DNA of 64,000 nt from an uncultured Bacilli bacterium (GCA_947626095.1 CANQQV010000006.1:1756-65755); one strand, 5' to 3'. Counted from the stretch's first letter, positions 10,299 to 20,412 are shown. Program-made: numbers and translations. Notes: generated by a model not told the origin, from the letters alone.

Positions 10299-12842
10299 AT
10301 GATATTAATAATAATATTAGGATTTGTTATCTTGGGATTTATTATTGGTGAATCAATTGAAAGTAGGCCAAAGGCTGAAAGGAAATTGGTTGCTTATAAT
10401 ACAGTTAATGGTCAACCAATATATTTAGATCAATGTCGTTTTATACGTTATGATACAGAAACAGGTAACCCAATATTTGAAAATCCATATCGAATAGTTA
10501 AGTATGATTCACAAACGGGTAGACCAATTTGTGCGCAATTTGAAGTTGATAAAAGTGAATATAAAGATAATCGCTTTAATAGGGTTGAAGTTAAAAAACC
10601 ATTAACAGAAGAAGATAAAAATCGTTTATCTAATTCAATATTGATGATTGTAGGAGCTTTACTAGTTGTTATTGCTTCAGTTATTTTCTTGGCAACATCA
10701 TGGGAATCAATTTCAGGAATTATTAAAACTTTAGTATTAGTATTAGTTCAAGGAATGTTTTTCTTATTTGGTTATTTGTGTAAAAATAAGTTAAAAATTG
10801 AAAAAGTAGCAAAAGTATTTAATTATTTAGCTTTATGTTTTGTACCAATTGTTTTAATATCTTTATCAACGTTTGAATTAATTGGAAGCTTTTTATCAAT
10901 TCATGGTGAAGGATTCCGTTTGTATGTAACAATAGTTGGAATAATAGCTGATATTTTGTATAAAGTAATAGGATACTATAAGAAAGATAAAGTATGTAAG
11001 ATAATGAGTTATGTTGCTGAAGTAGGGGCTTTATTCTTTATAACTGATTATATTAGTAATGATGCATTAGCTAGTACGATTGTAGCTGTTTATAATATTT
11101 TAATTAGTTTTTTAATTAATAAGAATATTTTAGATAAAAAGGCTTATAAAATACCTAATAATATATTTAGTTATATTGCTTTATTATTAATTGTTATGGT
11201 AATTATTGTAAATAATGGTAGTTTATTGGTTTATATACCAATGATATTGTATACAATATATTATTATATAGAATATATTAAAGATACAGAGGGTAAGGTA
11301 TATAATTTTGTATTCTTTATTATTACATATGTCATTAATTTAACGTTAGTAAATAGAATAGATGGATCACCATATTTTGTTTATATCCTAAGTATAATGC
11401 CTTTAGTATTGTTAACTAAAACAATGAAAAATAAGAATAGTAAAAATGTTTTATATATAGTTGAATCAGTTGTTGCTCTATTATTTATTATGTTTGCTTT
11501 AGCAACACCAAATAAAACAGTTTATTATTTAATGACATTTATAATGGGATTTGGTTTCTATTTAATGATGTATGTATTAACTAAACAACCAATATATAAA
11601 GGAGCTGCTTATTTATTATTTACAAGTATTTTTATAGATATATTCTATATAAGCGATATATTAGATTATGCTAAATATATTCCTTTAGTCGTAGTAATAT
11701 TAATATATTTATTTGAAAATGTCTTTGATGAATTTAAAGACAGGGTTTCAATGGGATTAATTATTGCGATTCTAATACTTGAATCATTCTGGTTAATTCA
11801 AACATACTTTGTATTAGCACCATTAGTATTAATGCTAGCTTATATAAAACTAGAAAAACTGGATGAGACTTTATTAGTGATTCCAATGTTAACAAGTTTA
11901 ACTTTATTTGGAATGAATGATAATATAATTACGTTGGCATTAAGTTATATCTTAATTTCTATTTATACAGTTATGTCTTTATTACATAAGAAGTTTAATA
12001 TATATTCAGTTGCTTCAGTATTAGCAATTGTAATGGCAGCGATTGTATTTAAATATAAAGACTTAATTTTATTTGCTATATTATTAGTTTGGAGTATAGT
12101 TCATTTAGTTAGAAATAGTAAAGAAAAAAATTATTTATTTAAATTTGTTAATATTATAAGTGTATTAGGATTATACGTATCTACTTTAAGATTCTTTGAT
12201 ATTGATTTAATTGCTTTATATTTAGTTGGTTATTATATTGCGACTATAGCAATATCTGTATATGTTCTTAAAGATATTGGCGGCGACTTTGATAAATTTG
12301 CGGGATGTTTTGTCTTTGCAATTATTTCCTTAGTAAGTTTATTTATTGTTAAAGAGATTCCAGATGCTTTAATTTTAATAATATTCTTTTTCTTAGTTTC
12401 TTTAATAAGCTTTGTAGTGAAATGGCGTCATTACTTATATGAAGCTTTAATTATTATGATAGTTAATATAATTTATTTAACGATAGAATTCTGGGCGCAA
12501 ATACCATGGTATTTCTATATCTTAGCAATAGGTATGGGCTTAATAATCTTTGCAATGTTTGATGAAAGATTTAAACAAAAGAAGGAATTGAAAGGTACTA
12601 ATGAGGAGGCTGTTACACAAATACCGGTTAATGTTGTACCAGTTAATAATGAAGTTGGTATGCCTGAAGTAAATACGGCTGAAGTAGAAGAGCCTGTGCC
12701 TCAAGTAAAAGAAGAAGTTTTAGAGGAAAATAAAGTAGTAGATACTGAAGAAAAGAAACAAGAAGAAAAAGAAGAAGAAGTAAAGAGAAATACGCCAAAG
12801 AGAAGAGGACGTAGAAAGAAAACTGATAGTAAAACAACATAG
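10299..12842 (+). CDS. large polytopic membrane protein with N-terminal YDxxTGxPI repeats and charged C-terminal tail
   Basis: 847 aa with more than 20 predicted hydrophobic helices. Three 18-residue repeats near the N-terminus. E/K/R-rich tail. Confidence 0.65.
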   Translation: MILIIILGFVILGFIIGESIESRPKAERKLVAYNTVNGQPIYLDQCRFIRYDTETGNPIFENPYRIVKYDSQTGRPICAQFEVDKSEYKDNRFNRVEVKKPLTEEDKNRLSNSILMIVGALLVVIASVIFLATSWESISGIIKTLVLVLVQGMFFLFGYLCKNKLKIEKVAKVFNYLALCFVPIVLISLSTFELIGSFLSIHGEGFRLYVTIVGIIADILYKVIGYYKKDKVCKIMSYVAEVGALFFITDYISNDALASTIVAVYNILISFLINKNILDKKAYKIPNNIFSYIALLLIVMVIIVNNGSLLVYIPMILYTIYYYIEYIKDTEGKVYNFVFFIITYVINLTLVNRIDGSPYFVYILSIMPLVLLTKTMKNKNSKNVLYIVESVVALLFIMFALATPNKTVYYLMTFIMGFGFYLMMYVLTKQPIYKGAAYLLFTSIFIDIFYISDILDYAKYIPLVVVILIYLFENVFDEFKDRVSMGLIIAILILESFWLIQTYFVLAPLVLMLAYIKLEKLDETLLVIPMLTSLTLFGMNDNIITLALSYILISIYTVMSLLHKKFNIYSVASVLAIVMAAIVFKYKDLILFAILLVWSIVHLVRNSKEKNYLFKFVNIISVLGLYVSTLRFFDIDLIALYLVGYYIATIAISVYVLKDIGGDFDKFAGCFVFAIISLVSLFIVKEIPDALILIIFFFLVSLISFVVKWRHYLYEALIIMIVNIIYLTIEFWAQIPWYFYILAIGMGLIIFAMFDERFKQKKELKGTNEEAVTQIPVNVVPVNNEVGMPEVNTAEVEEPVPQVKEEVLEENKVVDTEEKKQEEKEEEVKRNTPKRRGRRKKTDSKTT

Positions 12843-12860
12843 TCAACTATGTTGTTTTTT
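12831..12860 (+). terminator. intrinsic terminator
   Basis: 12-bp stem AAAACAACATAG/CTATGTTGTTTT, loop TCAA, T-run. Overlaps the stop codon of the 847-aa gene. Confidence 0.8.
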
Positions 12861-12936
12861 GGTGATAATCTATATACAAATTTGACAAATTTAAGTATAA
12901 TGATATAAGAGGGTAGAAAGATATGGAGGTACTTGT

Positions 12937-14232
12937 ATGAACATAGTTATTCCAAAACCAGTTAATGAAGTTTTAAACATTATAAATGAAAAAGGCTATG
13001 AAGCATATATTGTTGGTGGAGCTGTTCGTAATTGGATTATGCAACTTAAACCAACTAATTATAATATAAGTACTAATGCTTCTTTAGAAAATATAAAAAG
13101 TGCTTTAAAAGGATATAATACTTTCTACTGTGGAGAAAATGATTCGCACTTAGGAATAGTTAATTCAAAGTTTCCAATGGAAGTTGCGAAGTATCGTGGA
13201 AAGACTAATACTTTAGAAGCTGATTTAGCTTCGAGAGATTTTACGATGAATGCTTTAGCTTATTCTGATGAAGATGGTTTAATTGATTATAGTACTGGTA
13301 TACGAGATATAAATAATAAGATAATTAAATTAAATGGGGAAGATGATGAAGTATTTATCAATGATCCATTACGTATTTTAAGAGCTATTAGATTATCTGG
13401 AGAATATGCGATGCGTATAGATATGGGGACGCAAGTCTTTATGAAAGATGATAAAGATTTACTTAAGAAAGTTGCCCCAGAGAGAATAAGAGATGAGTTA
13501 TGTAAGATTTTGGTAGTACCAAGAGCTGATTTCTATATTAAAAAATATTTTGAAATATTTATTGAATTTATTCCAGAATTAGCGTTATTAGAAAATTTTA
13601 ATCAAAATGATCCACAACATATATATGATGCTTTGGAACATACTTTTGTCGCATTAAAGGTTGTTGAACCTAAACTAGAATTAAGATTAGCAGTATTGTT
13701 CCATGATATTTCTAAACCATTTACTTATGTTAAAAATAGTGAAGGAATAGGAGAGTATCCTAATCATGCTAAACGTAGTGCTGATATGGCTAGAGAAATA
13801 ATGAATAGACTAAAATTTAATAAAAAGATGATTCAAAAAGTTACGAAGTTGATTGAATATCATGAATATAAAGTACCTGAAAATGATGTTTTAGTTAAAC
13901 AGTTTTTGACGAAATTTGGCACAGAAAATATTGAAGATTTATATAAAATAAAGAAAGCTAATCAATATGCCAAACATCCAGCTTATGTAAGTGAAATGGC
14001 TAATATAGATAAAGAGTATGAAAGATTAAAGAAGTTTTATCGTAAAACAGCCTTTATTAAGAAGAATGAATTAAAATTAACTGGTAAAGATTTATTAGAA
14101 CTTGGTATTAAGCAAAATGAAGTTGGTAAAGTATTAAATAGTTTATATCAGGATATAATAAATGGTAAGTTAAAGAATAATCGTGAAAAATTAGTTGATT
14201 ATGTTGTCACTAATTTGATTCCAGAAAATTAA
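12937..14232 (+). CDS. cca: CCA-adding tRNA nucleotidyltransferase with HD domain
   Basis: GGAVRN nucleotidyltransferase motif, RDFTMNA, DPLRILRA, HD motif (LFHDISKP). GGAGG SD. Confidence 0.85.
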   Translation: MNIVIPKPVNEVLNIINEKGYEAYIVGGAVRNWIMQLKPTNYNISTNASLENIKSALKGYNTFYCGENDSHLGIVNSKFPMEVAKYRGKTNTLEADLASRDFTMNALAYSDEDGLIDYSTGIRDINNKIIKLNGEDDEVFINDPLRILRAIRLSGEYAMRIDMGTQVFMKDDKDLLKKVAPERIRDELCKILVVPRADFYIKKYFEIFIEFIPELALLENFNQNDPQHIYDALEHTFVALKVVEPKLELRLAVLFHDISKPFTYVKNSEGIGEYPNHAKRSADMAREIMNRLKFNKKMIQKVTKLIEYHEYKVPENDVLVKQFLTKFGTENIEDLYKIKKANQYAKHPAYVSEMANIDKEYERLKKFYRKTAFIKKNELKLTGKDLLELGIKQNEVGKVLNSLYQDIINGKLKNNREKLVDYVVTNLIPEN

Positions 14233-14257
14233 AAAAGAGAATTAATTCTCTTTTTTT
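14231..14257. terminator. bidirectional terminator between convergent genes
   Basis: Palindrome AAAAGAGAATT/AATTCTCTTTT flanked by an A-run and a T-run. Confidence 0.7.
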
Positions 14258-14661
14258 GGTTGTTCTTCTTCCGTTTTAGTTTCTTCTTGTTGAATTTCAT
14301 CTTTGCGGTTGTATTTTACTACTTTACCATTATAATCATCAATAAAGTTACGATTGATATCTTCAGTAACGTGAATTTCTGTACCATCTTTTAACTTAAA
14401 GGTGTGTTTATAATGAAGAGTTTTATCGTCGGTACATTTTTTAAACCATAATGTTTCACAGTTATTAATATCTTCATAAACATATTCGGTACTCTTAGTA
14501 GCCATTATTTCTTTTTCGTCAAAACCGTATCTTTCAATTAAATATTTTTTAGCAACTGATGCTTGAATATCAGTAGAAGCAAAATAACCGATAACGACAA
14601 AAGCAATTACTAAGATGATAATAATGATAAACAGAATAGATCTTTTGATAAAATTTTTCAT
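14242..14661 (-). CDS. hypothetical membrane-anchored protein
   Basis: 139-aa ORF with one N-terminal TM helix and an acidic tail. Confidence 0.55.
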   Translation of the reverse strand: MKNFIKRSILFIIIIILVIAFVVIGYFASTDIQASVAKKYLIERYGFDEKEIMATKSTEYVYEDINNCETLWFKKCTDDKTLHYKHTFKLKDGTEIHVTEDINRNFIDDYNGKVVKYNRKDEIQQEETKTEEEQPKKEN

Positions 14662-14760
14662 ATTTTCTCCTTACTATAACTATTATATATAATGAAATTA
14701 TATCATAATTTCCGCATAAAATGACAAGAAGTGGTATAATAATGACAAGGAGGATTTGTT

Positions 14761-15516
14761 ATGATAAAAAAATGGATTTGTGAATTTGTAGGAACAATGC
14801 TATTAGTTATTTTTGGTTGTGGAACTGCTGTAGCTGTTAACTCTTATGTTAATGGAATCTATGGTATTGCATTACCATTCACATTATTAGTTATATCTTT
14901 AGCATTTGGCCTTGTATTAACTGCTTTAGTTTATACAATTGGTAAAGTGTCTGGAGCTCATGTTAACCCAGCGGTATCAATTGCTTGTTTAATTGATAAA
15001 CGTATGAGTGTTCTTGAATGTGTTGAATATGTTGTACTACAAATTCTTGGAGGTATAGCTGGAGCGGCAGTATTAATGTTAATATTTGGTAGTTCTGAAA
15101 GTTTAGGAGCTAATGGATATGATACATTAAGTGCATTACAGTCTTTTGTTCCAACAATGAAAGTTACAGCTGGTATAGCATTCTTAGTTGAAGCAATTTT
15201 AACTTTTATCTTTGTTTTAGTTGTATTAGCTACGACAAAGAAAGAAAATTGTTTTTCAGGTGTAATTATTGGCTTAACATTAGCTTTAGTACATATCTTT
15301 GGTATTGTATTTACTGGAACAAGTGTTAACCCAGCTAGAAGTATTGGTCCTGCATTACTATCAGGTGGAGAAGCATTATCTCAATTATGGGTATTTATAT
15401 TAGCTCCACTAGTTGGTGGTATCTTAGCTGCTTTATTCTATAGATTTGTTCTTAGTGAACCAGAAGAAGTTGCTACTGCAGAAGCGCCTAAAGCAATTAA
15501 AAAAGCTAAAAAGTAA
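14761..15516 (+). CDS. aquaporin / MIP-family channel
   Basis: Two NPA boxes (HVNPAVS, SVNPARS), six TM helices, AGGAGG SD. Confidence 0.9.
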   Translation: MIKKWICEFVGTMLLVIFGCGTAVAVNSYVNGIYGIALPFTLLVISLAFGLVLTALVYTIGKVSGAHVNPAVSIACLIDKRMSVLECVEYVVLQILGGIAGAAVLMLIFGSSESLGANGYDTLSALQSFVPTMKVTAGIAFLVEAILTFIFVLVVLATTKKENCFSGVIIGLTLALVHIFGIVFTGTSVNPARSIGPALLSGGEALSQLWVFILAPLVGGILAALFYRFVLSEPEEVATAEAPKAIKKAKK

Positions 15517-15521
15517 AACAT

Positions 15522-15546
15522 AAAAAAAGAGCATTGCTCTTTTTTA
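15522..15546. terminator. bidirectional terminator (aquaporin / hsp20)
   Basis: AAAAGAGC-ATT-GCTCTTTT hairpin with flanking A-run and T-run. Confidence 0.7.
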
Positions 15547-15939
15547 ATTTATTTCGATAACTTTTTTTGATTCGATTTTTTTAGTTTTAGGAATAGTAAT
15601 TTTTAGAATACCATTATTGAATTCAGCTTTAATTGCTTCTTCATCAATATCAGCAAAAGAGAAGGTTCTTGTAACTTTACCATAAACTCTTTCACGTCTA
15701 ATATATTTTTTATCTGGATCTTCATCATTTACTTCATCTTTCTTTTCAGCAGTAATTGATAAGATACCATCTTCACATTCAAGAGTTATATCTTCTTTGT
15801 TATAACCAGGTATATCTAATTCAATGTTATAATTTCCATCCTTTTCATATACATCACATTTCATCTCATTCATTCGAGGTGTTCTTCCTAAATCATCAAA
15901 AATGTCATCTAAATAAAAATTTCTTGGAATTAAACTCAT
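15544..15939 (-). CDS. Hsp20/alpha-crystallin small heat-shock protein
   Basis: Alpha-crystallin domain pattern (DVYEKDGNYNIELDIPG..., GILKITIPK). Confidence 0.9.
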   Translation of the reverse strand: MSLIPRNFYLDDIFDDLGRTPRMNEMKCDVYEKDGNYNIELDIPGYNKEDITLECEDGILSITAEKKDEVNDEDPDKKYIRRERVYGKVTRTFSFADIDEEAIKAEFNNGILKITIPKTKKIESKKVIEIN

Positions 15940-15967
15940 TAATTCTTTTCCTTCTTTCTATAACTCG

Positions 15968-15996
15968 ATTATAGTACATTAATTAGCACTTGTCAA
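15968..15996 (-). promoter_or_regulatory. consensus sigma-A promoter of hsp20
   Basis: Minus strand reads TTGACA (15996-15991), 17 nt, TATAAT (15973-15968). Confidence 0.7.
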
Positions 15997-16009
15997 TAGT
16001 GAGTGCTAA
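15983..16009. promoter_or_regulatory. CIRCE operator (HrcA binding site)
   Basis: TTAGCACTT-N9-GAGTGCTAA versus consensus TTAGCACTC-N9-GAGTGCTAA (one mismatch). Overlaps the -35 box of hsp20. Confidence 0.85.
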
Positions 16010-16081
16010 TTATATTTACATTATATGCTTTTTTTACAAAAGTATACATGGTATAATATTTGGCAGTTAAGGGGCTTTATT

Positions 16082-17077
16082 ATGTGGAAGATAGGGAATG
16101 TTGAAATTAAAAATCAAATTGTTTTAGCACCGATGGCTGGAATATCTAATACATCTTATCGGAAGATTATTAAAGAGATGGGTGCTGGTTTAATATATGC
16201 CGAAATGGTTAGTGATAAAGCAATTATGTATGCTAATTTGAAAACTTTTGATTTATTAAAGATGAGTGATGAGGAAAGACCAATTGCGCAGCAGATATTT
16301 GGCAGTGATATTGAATCTTTTGTGATTGCGGCGAAGAAGATTGAGGAAGTCATGCATCCAGATATTATAGATATTAATATGGGATGTCCTGTACCTAAAG
16401 TAGCGATTAGAGCTCAAGCGGGGAGTGCTTTACTTAAAAATCCAGATAAGATATATGAAATAGTTAAAGCAGTCGTTAATAGTGTTTCAGTACCAGTAAC
16501 TGTTAAAATACGTAGTGGATGGGATGAACAACATATTAATGCTGTAGAAGTGGCTAAGAAATGTGAAGAAGCTGGTGCTAAGGCGATAACTGTACACGCA
16601 AGAACGAGAAGTCAAGGATATAGCGGAAAAGCAGATTGGAATATTATTAAACAAGTTAAAGAAGCAGTTAATATTCCTGTTATTGGTAATGGTGATGTTA
16701 CGAGTCCAGAACTTGCCAAGAAGATGCTTGATGAAACTAATTGTGATGCAGTAATGATTGGTCGTGGAGTATTAGGTAATCCGTGGTTAATTAAAGAATG
16801 TGTTGAATATTTAGAAAATGGTAAAGTAACAACTAAAGTTAGCTTTTTAGATAAAGTGGAAATGATGAAAAGACATTATGAGTTGTTAATTCAAGATAAA
16901 TGTGAGAAAGCAGCTTTGTTAGAAATAAGAAGTCATATTATTTGGTATTTAAAGGGAATGCCAAAGAGTAAAGAGATAAAGAATTTAATATGTCAAAGTA
17001 AGAGTAGTGAAGAAATGTTTAAAATTATTGAAGATTATAAAAATTATTTATTAAATGAAAAAGTAGATATTGAGTAA
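16082..17077 (+). CDS. dusB: tRNA-dihydrouridine synthase B
   Basis: Dus motifs (LAPMAGISN, INMGCP, VTVKIR, ITVHARTR, GNGD). Start taken at MWKIGN (16082); the track start is 16025. Confidence 0.9.
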   Translation: MWKIGNVEIKNQIVLAPMAGISNTSYRKIIKEMGAGLIYAEMVSDKAIMYANLKTFDLLKMSDEERPIAQQIFGSDIESFVIAAKKIEEVMHPDIIDINMGCPVPKVAIRAQAGSALLKNPDKIYEIVKAVVNSVSVPVTVKIRSGWDEQHINAVEVAKKCEEAGAKAITVHARTRSQGYSGKADWNIIKQVKEAVNIPVIGNGDVTSPELAKKMLDETNCDAVMIGRGVLGNPWLIKECVEYLENGKVTTKVSFLDKVEMMKRHYELLIQDKCEKAALLEIRSHIIWYLKGMPKSKEIKNLICQSKSSEEMFKIIEDYKNYLLNEKVDIE

Positions 17078-17090
17078 TATCTACTTTTTT
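17063..17090. terminator. terminator after dusB, shared with the convergent peptidase operon
   Basis: 9-bp stem GTAGATATT/AATATCTAC, loop GAGT, T6. Confidence 0.75.
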
Positions 17091-18142
17091 AAACCTTTAA
17101 TAAGATTATCTTCGTATTCATCAAGGTGGTTGGTTAAGATAATTTGATGGTTGGCTAAAATTGATAAAATATTATGATCAGTACCATTCATGATAATATC
17201 TTCAAGAATTGTTAAAGCTTTTTCTTTATCTTTAATATATATAAAATATAATTCAATAGCAGTTAAGTGAGCAATGATATAGTAGTAATCTTCAATAATA
17301 CAATATTTTTCATATTCTTCAACTGCTTTTTTACTAAAGCCATTATTTCTTAAAGTTGCAAATAATCTTTTTTTAGATTCATCTTGATGTTCACCATATA
17401 TTTCTAGTAATTGGGTTTTTCTGATAATAGCATGGGCTTGTTCTTTAATTAAGCCATGAAGATAAGCTCTTCTTTTAATGTTGTCGTTACCGAGATTAAG
17501 TTTTTGCGATAAGTAATCTGAAGCGACTATTTCCATAAACATAGAACTTATTTCTCTGATTAATAATTGTTCATGAAAATCAGGATTGTTAAATGCGTCG
17601 ATAACATGAGTAAACTCGTGAGATGAAATAGTTAATTTGCAGATGTTTGGATAGTTAGCTATAGACACGAAAGCTTCGGCGATACTCCTTAAAAAGAGCA
17701 TTTCACCATCCATTGCGTTATTAGGATTAACATATTCTAAATGATCATCGACTTCAGATAAGAATTCAATAAATTGATTATAGAAGAATTCACCTTGTTC
17801 TTGAAAGAAATCTTTCATTATGTCAAGGGTTTGATCGTTATTAATATAGATATTATGATAATCTTTGGTTGAATAAAAATCATTTGGAGTAAAGTTTGTA
17901 CTAGTTAAAGCAACGGCAAGGGGATAAAAAGGTTTGTAAAAAGTAAGTTTTTCGTAATCAATTTTTAATCTTTCTAAAAGCGAAGTAACAGGATCTGGAG
18001 AAACGTAATTATGTTTTAGACGATTAATATAATCGGTTATTTTTTCATAATCAGCACGAATCATTAAATCGTTACTATATGATGAAAACATATCTGCTAG
18101 TTGTTCTAGATAACTAAGACTGATAGTATAGTCTTTTGCCAT
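17081..18142 (-). CDS. truncated M3 (PepF-like) HExxH metallopeptidase family protein, paralogue 1
   Basis: HEFTH followed ~20 aa later by REISSMFME (third-ligand Glu pattern of the M3 family). Paralogous to the two genes upstream. Confidence 0.6.
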   Translation of the reverse strand: MAKDYTISLSYLEQLADMFSSYSNDLMIRADYEKITDYINRLKHNYVSPDPVTSLLERLKIDYEKLTFYKPFYPLAVALTSTNFTPNDFYSTKDYHNIYINNDQTLDIMKDFFQEQGEFFYNQFIEFLSEVDDHLEYVNPNNAMDGEMLFLRSIAEAFVSIANYPNICKLTISSHEFTHVIDAFNNPDFHEQLLIREISSMFMEIVASDYLSQKLNLGNDNIKRRAYLHGLIKEQAHAIIRKTQLLEIYGEHQDESKKRLFATLRNNGFSKKAVEEYEKYCIIEDYYYIIAHLTAIELYFIYIKDKEKALTILEDIIMNGTDHNILSILANHQIILTNHLDEYEDNLIKGLKK

Positions 18143-19240
18143 AACCTAATTCCTTTCCTCTATTTATTAGAATATCAACGTATTCTTTTATGTGTTTGCC
18201 TGGGGTAATACCTAGACTTTGAACATATTTTAAATATCCTTCACTATTTAAATCTTTAGCTTTGATGATCTTAGTTAATAGTTCAAGAGCCATTTCTGGA
18301 TCACAACGATAAATCAAATATAATTCAATGGCTGTTAAATAAGAGATACCATAATGATAAGTTTCTTTTACTTCTTCATATAATACATCTTTGATATATT
18401 GGTTATTACCTTTATTATTATTTTTTATATAGTTAATTAAGGCTTTTTTGTTTTTGAATTCTGGAATTTTAAAATGAGTTTGTAGATCATGTTTAGCACA
18501 GATGATATCAGCATCGTATGAATAATCTTTTAAATACATTTAGCTAATGATAAATGATCAGTTAAATAATCGTAACCGACTAATTCCCAAAAAAGGGTAT
18601 CTGTCTCAATAAAACAATATTTATCATAATCGTATAATAGTTCAGGATTTAAGTAGTTGGCGATACCATGACCTATTTCATGAAATAAAGTTATATAGTC
18701 TTGGGCATTATTTATGATACCAATGTCATAGTATGAATATCTACTACCATAGATGTTTAATGTTTGAGCATACGAAACGTTAGTTCCGGTTAATCTTCTA
18801 AATTGAAGATGGGTTGGAAGACTAGTTTGAATTTTGGTAAATGTTTCACTTATTTCACCTTTAAAGGTACTATAAAAGTCACTTGTAACAGTTAGAAGGT
18901 GATTAGTGTCGGTATTAATTTGTGGTAAGTCTTGAATTGGATTGATGACTAGAGAATCTAAAGATGTTAACATTTGATCAAAATATGGATAATATGGTTT
19001 GAATTTTTTGAAAATGTATTGATCAGAAGAAGCAATGACTTTAGGGTTAGGACGATGATGATATGGTATAAGTTGTGGTGTGTTAGTATCATCATAATAA
19101 TCTATTAAGTATTCTAGTGATGATTTTATACGATTTAAGGTAATAAGTGTTTCAGCATCTGTTTCGTGGTTAATTCTTCTTTCACATTCAATTAGGCGGC
19201 GATTAATTCGTTTGATATTCCATTCATACATGTTTACCAC
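18114..19240 (-). pseudogene. M3-like HExxH metallopeptidase paralogue 2, split into two overlapping ORFs (18530-19240 and 18114-18539)
   Basis: The N-part carries HEIGH...IETDTLFWE. The C-part carries the conserved LTAIELYLIY helix seen in paralogues 1 and 3. The frames differ by one nucleotide at an AAA run (18539-18541). Confidence 0.5.
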
Positions 19241-20387
19241 CCCATCTTTCTAATTCTAATTTCATATCAGAAACAATAGTTGTTGCTTCGGTTAAAATAT
19301 GATTGTTTGCAGTGATAAGCTTGTGGAAGAATGGTAATAAATCTTGATCAGCTGGGATACTTAAAAATTCTTTATATAAAGTTAAAGCTTGTTTTTTATC
19401 TTGTTTATAGATATGTAGTAATTCTAAAGCAATGATATAACTTAAGATATAAGTACCTTCAGAAAAGAGAGTAGTATCTAAAGAAAGAGCAAGTACTTCG
19501 CTATCAATATCATATTCTTTTTCTAATAACTGGTAAAAAGAATTGTTAGTACGATAATTATTTTCTTGCCATGCATTTAGAATAATTGTGTGTAGGACTA
19601 GTGCATCAGCATGATTGTAATAAGTTATAAGAGTAGAATACTTTTGGAAAGCAATAAAGAGTGGGTTTAAACTACCTATGTTTTCTTCTAAAGCAACCAT
19701 TTCAGGGAATATACCATCTACTTCTTCAAATAAGCACTCGTCATTTGAATAGGCACGTTCTGGATTATATAGATTTTTAGTAGCATGACCATATTCATGA
19801 ATTAAAGTGTGAACTTTAGAAGCACTTCTAGTACGACAGATATTGATAAAGTTTTTTCTGACTCCATCGATAAAGGTTGTTGTTCCATCAGATGATTTTA
19901 AATCGTTACCAATATGGCCATTAAATCTTAGGGTAGTAAAACGATCGTTATATGCCTCAGTAAAAAAAGGTAGTAAGTCTGAATCAAAGTCTTGGTAAAA
20001 TAATTGAGTTAGACTTAAAGCTTTATCATTAGTTAAATAGGAGCCGGTAATAGCAGATATATCGAATTCTTCACCAAAATAACTTTTTAATAAGCTTTCA
20101 ACTTCATCTATTTTATCTTCTAATGATTCTAAAGAAAAGTAAAAATCTTGAATTAGAGAATAATAGCGACCATATAAGATACGTTCACTATTGATGTTAT
20201 ATAATCTTTGTTTAAAACTTTCACTTGGTCTTTTGATTGAAGATAGATTTTCAAAGACAAGGTGTTCGGATGAATCTAGGACTTTTTCTAGATATAATTT
20301 TCTTTGAGGGTTAGTTTCTTTTTCAATTATTTTGCGTAATAAATTGATTTGTTTTAAGAAGTCATCGGTCGTCCAATTATATCTCAT
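19224..20387 (-). CDS. truncated M3 (PepF-like) HExxH metallopeptidase family protein, paralogue 3
   Basis: HEYGH...FEEVDGIFPE. Start taken at MRYNW (20387), preceded by GGAGGGGGA SD; the track start is 20402. Confidence 0.6.
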   Translation of the reverse strand: MRYNWTTDDFLKQINLLRKIIEKETNPQRKLYLEKVLDSSEHLVFENLSSIKRPSESFKQRLYNINSERILYGRYYSLIQDFYFSLESLEDKIDEVESLLKSYFGEEFDISAITGSYLTNDKALSLTQLFYQDFDSDLLPFFTEAYNDRFTTLRFNGHIGNDLKSSDGTTTFIDGVRKNFINICRTRSASKVHTLIHEYGHATKNLYNPERAYSNDECLFEEVDGIFPEMVALEENIGSLNPLFIAFQKYSTLITYYNHADALVLHTIILNAWQENNYRTNNSFYQLLEKEYDIDSEVLALSLDTTLFSEGTYILSYIIALELLHIYKQDKKQALTLYKEFLSIPADQDLLPFFHKLITANNHILTEATTIVSDMKLELERWGGKHV

Positions 20388-20412
20388 AAAATCCCCCTCC
20401 ATTTAAGTTGCT

